A DNA stretch of 64,000 nucleotides. It comes from Diadema antillarum (Eukaryota). This document shows positions 13,846 to 25,593 of the stretch, piece after piece. The translations under genes were made by a program, and so were the position numbers. Where the stretch lies: positions 2,914,001 through 2,978,000 of the forward strand of contig NW_027271168.1 in the NCBI RefSeq assembly GCF_040938485.1, read 5' to 3'. Under the pieces are notes generated by a model. The model searched no databases. It was not told the origin of the DNA and saw only the letters and a list, made by a program, of their open reading frames with translations. The first letter of the stretch is position 1. Every line of letters starts with the position of its first letter.

Positions 13846-15607
13846 TACTGCTACTTCTTTCTACTACTAAGACCCCTTACACATACATGTACTTGTAGTA
13901 TGCAAAAGCTGACCTTAGATTTGAAAGGGGTTGTGGTCAATGTGTATTAACAAAGTATTATGCTAAGCCATGAAAATGATGACATGCTCTATTCCTACAA
14001 GTATCACCAGAAAAATCATCTTGTCGATGCGTCAATCAAGCCACTTGATAACATGCAGCATATCACTCATAAAGACTCTAAAACAAACATCCAAGTTTGT
14101 AGTTCTCAGGAGGTTTCAAAATTCATCTTCAACCATTTGAAAGTTGCTTCAAAGCAATATCAAAAAGATCTACCCATGATTGTGTGGCTGATGCGATTTG
14201 CCAAGATAACAAGATGTTTTGGAGTACTTTGAGATCACAAGTGTAAAATAATTTTGATCATAATGCACAACTATTAGTCCAGAAGTGCCCTCTCCATACA
14301 GTAGAGGGTAGGTAGAATGTTACTAGTATGTGATGATCAAATCATGCCCTAGAAGTACACGGTCTGTAGTATATTGTAAACAAACTGCACGCTATGCACT
14401 GTCTATGATAGATACTGCTATTTAAAGGCCTGATATATTGTAATCGATTGGATTGAATATAAAACATCAGGTAGCAACCATGATCTGGTATGCTGCAAGA
14501 CTGCAATACTCTTCGTTACCCATCTGAAACTATGTTATCACACCATTATTTCTCAAATTTCTATATGCATATGATATGTGTTTAAAAAAAATGGCAGTTA
14601 ATGCAGTCATAAGAGAACTATGTTTTAAATCCTTAAAGGGATGATGATCATGAAGGAAAGAATTTTTAGTTCAGGTTAGCTTCCTCTTGATAGACAACCT
14701 CTTAAGAAAGACATATAAACTCCAACCGTCCATAAACTGTTAATAGCTCAGTATATATATGGTCATAGAATCCTGACACTACATGTAGTTTGTTTCCTCT
14801 TCAACTTTGATTGATGGCCTTTCTTTTTTTGTTGGATGTCAGTCCATTCTCTGTTTTCAATCAAAGGATTCAGCCTCTTAATCTTCTCCACATTCACACT
14901 GTGGCTTCTCACACTTAGAGAGATTAACCTCTTTATTTCCCTAGCTCTGAGTCTTTCACTCCTTGTCACCGCTGGATGTACAGACTGTATGCACAAAGTC
15001 TGCAAAGCAACAGTAGGACTTGATAGAATTAATCCTCTTTGTCAAGAGAAGCCAGGGGCCATTCATAAGGATTATACATTGTATACTTTGTAAACCTGAC
15101 AAGGACTTCATAATTTCACTCAAGTACCTATGGCAAAGGCACTTGTGCAACATAGGTTATATGCTGCAAGCATTTGCAAGTTCAAATGTCTGTATTCTTC
15201 CCGCTTTGTAATTATCAGGCAGAACAAAGAATGAAAGAAACAAGTAAAGCAGAGATGATTGATTGTCTACCACGTTGACTCATCATCCCACAATTTCATG
15301 AGGATTGAAAATGATCTTACCAAGTTTTGGAAGTCTGTAACCTATAATCCAAAGTGACAATTCCAGCGAGGCAGCAATGTAAGTACCAACATGCCTTTTA
15401 TAGGTCAAGAGTCTCAGCAGCCACATATAAAATAACCACTTAACTTAGCATAACACTTGCACTGACATGTAATGAAGTACTAGTGTATCTATTGCATGGA
15501 AGTGCCCTGGTGTGAAAGGCTCATATTACAGATAACACTGTATCATAAAATGTTATTATGGATCCTGATCTATTACTACCACATGACCAGTTTTCCATTT
15601 TTCTTAA

Positions 15608-16759
15608 CTCTTAATGTGCCAGGCCCAAAACCCCTAACGTGCCAGAGGTTTTTACCTAACGCCAGAACGTTTCGAAACTGGACTGACAATGAAATTTAAA
15701 ACCGCCATATCTCTGAAACTATTGACTGTTTTGAATTGAGTTCTACACAACATATATCAAGAAATGTTTGCTCTTTCGTGTCATGCAGTCAGTTTGCCAA
15801 AATATCTATCTGAATCTGAAATATTACAGAAATAATTGATACATCCCAAAAATTATTAGAAATTTTTGTGTAGTGTGGAAAAAAAGAGTCCGTCATGTTT
15901 TTTCTTCAATGGAACGCTCCCTTGACTCTGTGAGAAAGTTTTAGAGCAACATCTCCTCTTTCAAATGATAACATAATTGCCTTCTAGAATTGTGTGATTC
16001 CAAAGATACTAGCAGTTTATTTTGTCTTAGCAATTTCTCTTTCTGCCTCAGAAATTCATTCCCAAATCGGAGTCCTTCAGTCCCAGATTCTGTATTTGAA
16101 ACTAAGGTAATTGTCCCGGGCCCTGGAATAGTGTCTTTTGTCCACCTGACAAGCAAGAACCTGCTAATCCTCCTTTTGTCTAAGCGGACCGTGGGCGGGC
16201 GTACTCTATTGAAATCGGCAGGCCTTTGTCCGCGCGCAATTCCTATGCTAGCGTAGGGACGATTAGTGACGTTCATCAAAACAAAAGGATGAAAGACTTG
16301 ACCGACGAACGAAAGCTGACTCTCTTGAGGGACAAAATCAAAGCAGCTTCCCGCAGGACAGCGTCCAAGCGGAACAATGTGAGTGGAACTGCATAGACAA
16401 TACACGCAGAGTGAATAGCATACACACGCGTGGTTTACCTATGAGACTTTTGATCCATACACATCTCGCAGAGGGTGCGCCCGCTGCAGATTTTCCCGAC
16501 GCGAAAAAAATACATCTAGCTGAAAAATCATGTATTTACTCAAAATTTTCTAATGTAAGCATGCTCATATTTTTAGTGGAAACGATGGCTATGCTAATCA
16601 GCTTCCAGTACATATCATTGGCAGTTGCTTGGTGTAACACATTACGGTACCACAAGAACTTAAATGATCAATGCTTTTCTCGATGTTCTTAGTCGCCGAT
16701 CAGCGACCATGGCACGTCAGGACTAAGGTCGCCCTTCGGCGACCATGGCACGTTAAGAG
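15608..16759. mobile_element. piggyBac-like non-autonomous element (1152 bp)
   Basis: TTAA at 15604-15607 and 16760-16763; TIR CTCTTAAYGTGCCA; duplicated subterminal motifs (AACGTGCCAG on the left, CGACCATGGCACGT twice on the right). Confidence 0.8.
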
Positions 16760-17364
16760 TTAAAGGCCCAACTTTACGTTTTACCCGACATGGGTATAAT
16801 GAACAGTACTAACAACTGCTAGCCTCTGAATTCAGCTTCATTGTCTGTGTATATAATTAATAATGCATTTCAAATGTTTGTGAGGTTCAGTTTGATAGTC
16901 TGGGGCTGGTGCAGACCTGGGAATTGTGCAAAAATGGCTGCTGCAGAATTTGAATCATGTCACATTAAATAATGCACACTACTTGGCTTTGCATTAGTAA
17001 AATTATCCACCCTCCATAATTTGAACAGTCCAATATACACTCTGCTTCACCTCTACGTTTCCTATTCTACCACAGTTAGTATCAGATGGATACAGTAATT
17101 CTTACTCATGCCCAGTGTAATGTGCATTATTTGTATTGCATGGTATACCATCTGTACCAATTGAATATAACAACATTCAAAGTTTCAGGCAGATTTTACA
17201 GGAAAGGAAAGGCAAAGAATGTCAGACTGAGATAATGTGACACATCATAGAGGACAGGCAGGAAGAAAGTGGATTTTTGTTCAATAAATAATCCATAAGG
17301 GCGAGCTGATTTTGCTGTAACACACATTTCCCATATAGACACTGGTCTGCCCGAGAATACTTAA

Positions 17365-17923
17365 AGGACAAGTCCACCTTCATATACATAAGGATTGAGA
17401 GAATGCAGCAATATTAGTAGAACACATCAGTGAAAGTTTGAGGAAAATTGGACAATCCGTTCAAAAGTTACGAATATTTTAAGTATCCGCGCAGTCACTG
17501 CTGGAAGAGAAGACTACTACAGTGTATGATGTCACATGCGTACAACTATTTAAGGAAAATAAAAAGAGAATTTCACAAAACTTTACTTTTTGAATAAAGT
17601 GCACATTTCTTCGACTTGATACTGACGTATGTTATGGGTGATATTATTCCCCCTGCCTTCTGAAAGAGAGAAGTCGAGTGTTCTTTTGTTATGCGAGAAA
17701 AATGGAAATATGTTGAATTTGCTTTATTCTTTCTTTATATCGTTGTACTCATGTGACATCACAAGCTATAGTAGTCTTTTCATCCAGCCGTGACTGAGCA
17801 GAAACTTCAAAAATTCATAACTTTTTAACGGATTGTCCGATTTTGCTCAAACTCTCACTGATGTGTTCTATTAATATTGCTGCATTCACTCAACCCACAT
17901 GTCTATGAAGGTGAACTTGTCCT
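17365..17923. mobile_element. Kolobok-like MITE family C
   Basis: TTAA|AGGACAAGTCCACCTTCAT ... ATGAAGGTGAACTTGTCCT|TTAA, with long imperfect inverted arms. Confidence 0.85.
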
Positions 17924-19735
17924 TTAAGACTAGTCTTCAACAGGTTAAGATCACGATGAAATGTCGGCAGATGAAACGCCGACCCAAACCGATACAAGCC
18001 TAAGGCTAGCCTTGAAGTTGTACAGATGACCTCCATGAAGGCAGCGTGCCCAGACGTAGAAGACATAGAAAACTGGTCTATTGTACAGTACTCATCTCTG
18101 CCTCCCAGATGCATGGTTAATGAAAGATAATCACTGATCCTGCTCTGTACACACATAAAGGCATTGCACATGTTTGCATAATTTGTTACACAGAATTCTC
18201 ATGCACACTCAGTGATCTCCTACATACTAATCCTAGATGCTCACTTTGCAGCCTGGTGCTAATGTTGTGCCCACCTCAGACAGAACTCCCCCTATACAAA
18301 ATGTTTGATTTGACGTCTGCTGCTAAAGAACACAGTCCAAGAAATGCCTTGTGTGAATGCGCGGTCATGCATGTCCTGACCAAACATAGCGCCTCAGCTC
18401 TACATTCACATTGTCACTTACTTACTGCTGTGGTTTATCAGGGGAACAGCGCTATAAACCTGTATTGATTTGATTACACTGGCTTCTTTAAGGACAGACT
18501 CTGCACAACAATGAAGGCTCCTTTAGTGAAGGCTTCTCATAAACACACAATCACAACCTACAATTTTCCTCGATTAAAATGCTGTGACAAAGCTTCTTTC
18601 TTCACAAGTCATGTGTGTCTAGATACACATCTGGAATAATAACCAACTATGTGAGTCATGTTTTCTTCCTAATACTGCAAATATTGACAATATCTGTATC
18701 TATTAGCAACTAACACTGAAAAGGTATTTACAGCAAGAGAATATTCCTTTGAATAAAATCAGAAAAAAAAAATTACGCAAAGGACGAGGAAAAAATTATT
18801 ATCAAAGTAGAGCAATGTTAATGTCCACACTGTAAGTTGGTATAATTTGAACATTGCACAGTATAGCCTCAAACACAGTGACAAATTGTAGCTTATTGCT
18901 TAAATCTACACCATCCCAAGTTGCAGATTCTTGTTTGTTATGTGCACATAGTTTGAAATCAACTTTATTTCATCTTTACTAATTTTATATTAATAGTATT
19001 TTTTTGTCAAACAATCATATTTCCAAGTATGGTTTATGCAGCACAGTCACGATCATGAGAAAGTTTGTGTTTGGGAGAAGTGGTGAAGATGCATGTCATA
19101 CACACACATCGAGGAATAGATCTATTCAACATCCAAGCAATATCATCTAGGGAAATGACAGGAGGGCTCTGTTGATTTTCTAGTTTTCAAGCCATTCAGG
19201 ATAATATTGCAGGAAGTTAACTGACATGACTTTCACATTATTTCTTGTCATTCATCTCAAATCTTATAGTTCGTTAACTTTGTTTAACTGCGTTCAGAGA
19301 AAATTAATTTCTGAATGACAGGTAAATTTCCCTTAAAGGTACAATGTAGGCCCTACAATGTACAGTGTACTGCTGGTAAACCCTGTTTTGCACTGTTTGC
19401 AAGAAATGTGACTTTGAATTGTTCCGATTGTAAAATACTAGAGGCATTTCTTTTTACTACGGTCTGTTCTATACATATATGTACAGTACATTTGACTGCA
19501 AAACACAATTTATCATCAGTATACTGCTTGAAAGACTGTAGTACTGGAGATCACCCCATTATCAGAAAAGGAGACCAAAAACTAGACATGTTATGTTTTA
19601 AAAACAAATTCAAGATAATACTTTGACATCTGAACTTGGGTTAAAAAAGTAAAGTGTTTAGTTAATGGCATTTCAATTTGTTTCTATTTCATTGCAAGAA
19701 TGAAAGATCCAGTGAGCTGGCAGCATATACACACA

Positions 19736-19778
<43 letters not shown>

Positions 19779-19869
19779 CATATAGATGCAATCATTTCCC
19801 AAGTTTTAACAGACATGCACTTTTCCTTCATCAACATCATCATCTGGGTACAATGAGAGGTACACGTAG

Positions 19870-20080
19870 ATCATCTAATCCTTGGTCAGTTCTTCAGGCT
19901 TTGAGTTACTCAATACTGCATGGCATGTGCGGAGGGGGTTGGGATGTTTTGAAAGACGTTTTGATCAAGGTAGGGCTAAAGTGATCAGATACCAGTAATA
20001 ATCCAGCCTTACTTTAAACATATCAAAGGATGTAGAATCGATTACTCTTTTGGGTTGATGTTCAACCATCTCTTTCATCT
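19870..20080 (-). mobile_element. Possible CR1-like LINE 3' remnant
   Basis: Minus frame ...PKRVIDSTSFDMFKVRLDYYW resembles the CR1 ORF2 C-terminus (VV.A.S...FK.RLD..W). Short and degenerate. Confidence 0.3.
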
Positions 20081-20498
20081 GTCGCAATACTTTTTCTCTT
20101 GACCTTCCTTCTCTTTTGTATCAACACACACTGTTTATTGCCACAATTGGACTTGGAGAACAGCAATAAAATTTGTATATTCATAACTGTAGGCCCTACA
20201 CTGATACATTTTTAGAGTTAGACTACTCTTTGTGTGTCTGTATGTTTGTTTGTGCATGTGTCTGTCTTTGTGTGTGATTATACTTTACACACAAATAAAG
20301 ATTGCCACTGCACTACCTACATTTATTTCAACACACTTGTTTAATAATATTTATTCAGATTATCAACTAGATGTATTTGTCTTTATATAAATTGTGTACA
20401 AACATTATAGTATCTGCCTCTACCACCAGCTCAGTCATGAGATCATTTAAACAGTAGAATCTACTCTGCTCATTGGTGATAACATGCAGCATACATAC

Positions 20499-20783
20499 CG
20501 AGAATCCAGCCCAGTATGGGCAGGCATTTCTTATCCTATTTGAGGTGGAAAGGGCGAAAGCTGTAAAACTAACAGCTACAATTGTCAGCCCCAGGATCAC
20601 TTGCGTTATGCCAAACGCCAGTGTGGTCCGACGCGGTCGCTGCATGCTGGCACCCCGCCGGGCTCGGGCGGAACGCCGCAGAACGACCCTGTCGCGCTCA
20701 CTGATCACCGTCGTTTGCCCGTCCGGTATCCCGTTTTGAAAGGGCGGAGGCTGCTGCGCTCCGTTCACACTCCCTCTGGCCAT
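20499..20783 (-). CDS. FAM189: ENTREP/FAM189-family (CD20-like transmembrane protein) coding exon containing TM1
   Basis: 95 codons MARGSVNGAQQPPPF...TTLAFGITQVILGLTIVAVSFTAFALSTSNRIRNACPYWAGFS. This matches, from memory, human FAM189B/ENTREP3 LTLGLVQVLLGILVVTFSMVASSVTTTESIKRSCPSWAGFS. Acceptor ttgttgcag| places the exon start at 20796; phase-0 donor TCG|GTATGT lies directly after WAGFS. The paralogue cannot be assigned. Confidence 0.85.
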
Positions 20784-21774
20784 TTTAGGGTCAAAGCTGC
20801 AACAACAAAGGTTCAACTATTTAGAATATAACGACATGAGAGACATTCACAGTGTTATTGCACAATTGGTAACTGATGTTGTTCGTTGTTCGATATTCCA
20901 AGAGTAAACTCGCATGCCCGTCACATCCAAGAAAAGTTTGGTAAGCAGCAGACGAGCGAGAGAAGCCAACAAACAGAGAGTGGCCACAGCTCAGCAGGAT
21001 TGTAGACGGTGATATTCCTCACGTTATTCCATTACGATCTGACTTCCTCGGTATCTAGGTTCAATCCAGTATTCCTCCTGCCCTCATAAGAGTAGTATGT
21101 CGCGTCAGAGCAAATAATAATCCATTAACAAAGCAGTCGAAATGCAAAGATATGTAGTTCAGAAAGTATCTTTCCGTGGGTACGATCGATGATCTCACAC
21201 GCTTTATTTGTAAACAACGTCTCGAATGAATGGGCCACATGCATGCAGCGTGCAGACGTCCGCATGCTAGTGGATTGTCTGTGTGTGTCTGCAGAGTTTA
21301 TGTGCCTGTAAAATACGAACTCGTGCAGGAGTACTCAGTAGTACGCAGTGTTGATAATGCACCAAGAATGCATTCAATCGAAAGATGGCGCTACGCAGTT
21401 TTTCAATGATCAAACATCGAAAATCTTTGGAGCAGTTTGCTGCTGCTGTTTCCTATGAACGTAAGCGCCCGCGAGATTGAGAATATTTTCCTCCAGAATT
21501 TGACAGACTTTTGGTTAGTTTACCTCATCTCAATACGAGGCTATCATCCCTGTTTTGCAAGCTTTTCTGTTGTCAGCAACTCTTATCCCTAGAGAACAGC
21601 TAAAGTCCATTGGCATTGAGTGTCTTGGTTGGACTATGATGATCCTCCCCCCCCCCCCTGTAAAGCAGAATGTATCAGATGGCTTTCTACCCATGATTTC
21701 CTCATTCCCATTGAACTTCTTTTACTTGACACGTATATCTACATATCAAGAGCTAGCATTTGTTTGTTGGTTGA

Positions 21775-21865
21775 TTATATGATTATATGATATTATATGA
21801 TTATAATGATATGATTATATGATATTATATGATTATAATGATATGATTATATGATTATAATATAT
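21775..21865. repeat. Simple (ATATG/ATTAT)-type tandem repeat
   Basis: Repeated gattatatgatattatat units. One of many microsatellites; others include (CA)n at 19730, 24685, 57140 and (AT)n at 49300, 54110, 55460, 63355, 63880. Confidence 0.9.
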
Positions 21866-21869
21866 GAGT

Positions 21870-22740
21870 ATAAAAGGACCAAGACGACCTATTGCAATTA
21901 AAGGTGTGTTAACAGTCTCTGAAACGGTTTCCGGAAATAGTGCAATGTAGCATCTTTAGTAGGAATCCAAATTGATGAGACCTTGATGTGGAAGGATCAG
22001 ATTCAATGTATCAATAAATGCATTAGGCACAAAATTGGCTTGCTTTTTAAATTAAGATATTATGTTCCAAGGTATGTTCTCATGCTTTTATACAAATTCT
22101 TTATACAATCACATAATTGTATACTTTATGGAATTGAAGTCTGGGAAGTTGCTACAGAAGCCACTTAAATTGTATATTTTTAGCACAGAAAATGGCCGTG
22201 AGAGCAATACACATTTTCCCCCTTGAGAACAAGACGATTAGTTCTGGGCCATTATTCACCAGTCTAGGAGTGTTAGATGTTTTTGACCTGCATATAAAGC
22301 TTGCAGAATCAACCTTTTATTGTGATCTGCACAAGGAACATTTACAACATAATATTATTTAACGCAATACGTGTATTATGAGCCAATGAATCATGCATAC
22401 AGGACTAGAGGCAAAGATCATTCCATGCTTAGACTCCCGAAATGTATAAAACGACACATGGTACATTTTCTATATCTTTTGTCGGGTCAAAGTTCTGGAA
22501 TAGTTTGCCCAAATATATCCAAGAGGAAAGAACAAGGTCTTCATTTCGAAGAAATCTAAAATATCATTTGTTAGATCAAGTTTAGTGATAAAAAGAATAC
22601 TTAAATGTTTAGTTTAATGTACTTTTTAAGTAAAGTTACTTCAGAAGGATAGACCTTGCAATGAGTATTTGAAATGTAGCTAAACGGGAGAACCATTCTC
22701 GACTAGCACTTGTGCTAACTTTTGGTTACCCATTTAACAA
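21870..22740 (+). mobile_element. L2/Crack-clade LINE 3' fragment, copy 1
   Basis: Frames give GIQIDETLMWKDQIQCINKCIRHKIGLLFKLRYYVPRYVLMLLYKFFIQSH...LYGIEVW, typical of the post-RT region of L2-group ORF2. Frameshifted; homologous to 45860-46680. Confidence 0.8.
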
Positions 22741-23621
22741 CGTTATCTTCTGTTTGTTTGTTGTTGTTTTTTTTTGTTGTTGTTCAGAACCTTTGTCGAT
22801 GCATATATGTCTATATTACATACTTATTAATTTTTTGTTGTCTTTTCAGTGATATTATCATCATGAAATTAGATGAAATTACACCACATGTATTCTTTAT
22901 GTAAGATAAATTAAGTATGTAAATATATATGCATGTATATACAGCTGCATGTAAGTGCCTTGTATAATGGCATTGTATTCTCATAAAAGAATTTCATGTT
23001 TATCTTATCATATGTAATTTCATGTTATCATGTTATCATAATTCACATGTATATGTACAAATATGTTGTTAATAAACTCAACTCTTATTTACTTGCTTTT
23101 GTTTTGTTTTGTTTTGTTTTGTTTTGTTTTGTTTCGTTTCGTTTCCTGTGCTTTTCTGGATTTTACCTTTCTGAGCGACAGAAACCTTTTGATTAACCTA
23201 GGAACTCTCTTATGCAGGGACACCTAAATTAGTTATTGTTTGCTTTTGTACGATGTGTATAAAAAAAAATCAAACCTATATCAAAATGAAATTTATGTTG
23301 AACTTGATGTACTTTTCATTTTCAAAGCATTTCAAGATTTTAGCAGTAAAATGATGAAAAAGAAATTATACATTTTAAATTATGTCATATCATAAACATT
23401 GATAAATGGCGGGCCGTGACACTTTAATATCCAAAGATGACAATTTTAGCTACATGTATGTTTCATTCATCTTGCGATTTGTGCTTTCTTTCACCTAAAA
23501 GCTACCTATTTGAGACATTATCTATTCAATGGTGTTATTAATGATTTGATACGTACCATACACATAGGCCCCTACAGACATTTACTTATGCCTTTACTGG
23601 CAGGTACAATTAATAACAAAT

Positions 23622-23653
<32 letters not shown>

Positions 23654-24190
23654 AATAATAATGAAAATAATGATAATAATAATAATAATAATAAATGATT
23701 ATCAGCAGCGGTATATAGCAGCTGCATAAGCCTTACTCATGGTTTGATATTGATTTGATGTCGATTGTTATTTTGTTTCAAGTTATCTCATTATCTTCAG
23801 TGTTATCGAATCAAACATTATGGACGCCATTTCAGGTGACATCATTTCAATTCATGCTCAAAATCATACGATCATGGAAGATATCAGACCCGACCTGAAC
23901 GTCAGTATTTGAATATTGTTGTCAGAATAGACCACAATAATGATCCATTGAACGATCAGTCAAACCGCAGATGTATAACTTTCAGGAAGTGTGATGCCAA
24001 ACATCTCACCTACGCTGTTTAGATATCTGATCTGACTTCTTCTCTGAAATGTTGAATACTTTCGAAACCAAAAACCACAAGCTTTAGGGGAAAGCACACT
24101 CAACGGAGGGGCCTACTTATGTAACTGTGGCATCTTTCCAATAGTACTGCAATAACGAAGTCCTAAACGCAAGTGGGGAAATATTAGATT

Positions 24191-24204
24191 GCGCCATCTA
24201 TCGG
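24191..24204 (-). promoter_or_regulatory. CTCF-like motif
   Basis: Minus strand CCGATAGATGGCGC versus consensus CCASYAGRKGGCRS. Motif match only. Confidence 0.35.
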
Positions 24205-24242
24205 CAGAAATACACACATGATTACATGAGCGAATCACTTAC

Positions 24243-24328
24243 GGTGGTAGGAGCGAATACAGGCGGACAGAATGAAACAGAGAACGCCCCCAGTACAATG
24301 TGGAGCGAAGCTTCTCAACAAGATCCAT
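24243..24328 (-). CDS. Candidate upstream (first coding) exon of the FAM189-like gene
   Basis: ATG...MDLVEKLRSTLYWGRSLFHSVRLYSLLP+CC|GTAAGT. The strong phase-2 donor joins in frame to the phase-2 acceptor at 20796 (…PP-FDPKMARGS). CpG-rich context. Confidence 0.35.
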
Positions 24329-24682
24329 AGGATAGTTGATCTAACTATGGGCCTCGAAATTTTGTAGGAGCCAGAGTGGGCCACGGGCTGAAAAGGTCTA
24401 GAAGAGTGGATGTAGAGTACGCGCAATATGTTTTCTCTCATCCCCCCCCCCCCCACATGTCATGAAAGCATCCCTTTTTTCGGAACTGCCAAAATTTCTA
24501 AACCACCCCCTCCTTTTGTGGGCTTTCCATAGGTTTTTCTGCCTTGGAGACTCCCCTAAATCCGGAAGCCTGCTCAATGTATCCCTTTCTCAAGTGAGCT
24601 CTCATTCCAACTCCATATCTTGACAGTCACCCCTCACCCCCTACCATCTTCAGTAATTTGCCATTACAATACCTTAGGAGAT

Positions 24683-24733
<51 letters not shown>

Positions 24734-25284
24734 TTGTATGTTTGTGTGGATGTGTGGATGTGTGGATGTGTTCAAAATGGGACCTTAGAAATAAGGAGAA
24801 ACAGAACAAATTGAAAATCTCACCACATAAAATGTTTGTTGATGAATGTTCAGTCCGGTTTGCACAAGAATTAGTGATTTCATGACATAGAATAATAATT
24901 CTGATTGAGGATTGGGCTTTCTAAATCAGCAAGAATTTTAGGAATTTAATCATTTTCAAGATATCTTATAGGCCTCTTTTTCAATTTTTCAGGAGTCCAA
25001 AGAGATAGAGAAGGGAAATCTTTTTTTTTTATTGTTAATATTTTGGGTGGTTTTTTTTTATTACGTTGGCATGTCACTTGATTGTCAAATATTATACTCA
25101 TTCCTATTGATTCACTTTAGTTCGATTCTATTTACATTCCCAATTTCAAGAAAACACAAATCATACATTAAGAAAATGGGTCAAAACTAGTGGTAATGAT
25201 TTTTTTTAATGCGAAATTGCAAACTTGCAGAATTAGTTATTGATCGAGAATATGGTGTAGTAGATCCCTTGATATTCCTCAAAT

Positions 25285-25531
25285 GTCACCCACGAGTCAT
25301 ACAGCCCACGAGTCATACAGCGGATGAGTTCGACACTATGATAAGCTAACAAGGCCCACGAGACCGACACATTAAGCCCCATGTTGTATGTCGAACTCGT
25401 GGGCTGTTTTCACCAGCTAGTGTCGAACTCATGGACTGTATGACTCGTGAGCTGTTTGACTCATGGACCTGTTTTCAATGTCGAACTCGTGGGTTGTATG
25501 ACTCGTGGGTGTCGGTCTAGTGGGATGACCC
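25285..25531. mobile_element. GG-ended MITE with internal CCCACGAGT repeats (Merlin-like), partial
   Basis: Right end ...TGTCGGTCTAGTGGGATGACCCC is the reverse complement of the left end of the 38893-39245 copy. Confidence 0.7.
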
Positions 25532-25593
25532 CGATCCATCCAATGTATCGCTGATTTGAATCAATATTTTTTCTTCTTCTTCTTCACCTATTA

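Noticed and set aside
17890-18500. Three phase-compatible minus-strand exon-like pieces (18500-18426, 18293-18247, from ~18145)
   Set aside because: The joined peptide resembles nothing I recognise, is out of phase with the FAM189 exon and runs into a MITE. Likely chance.
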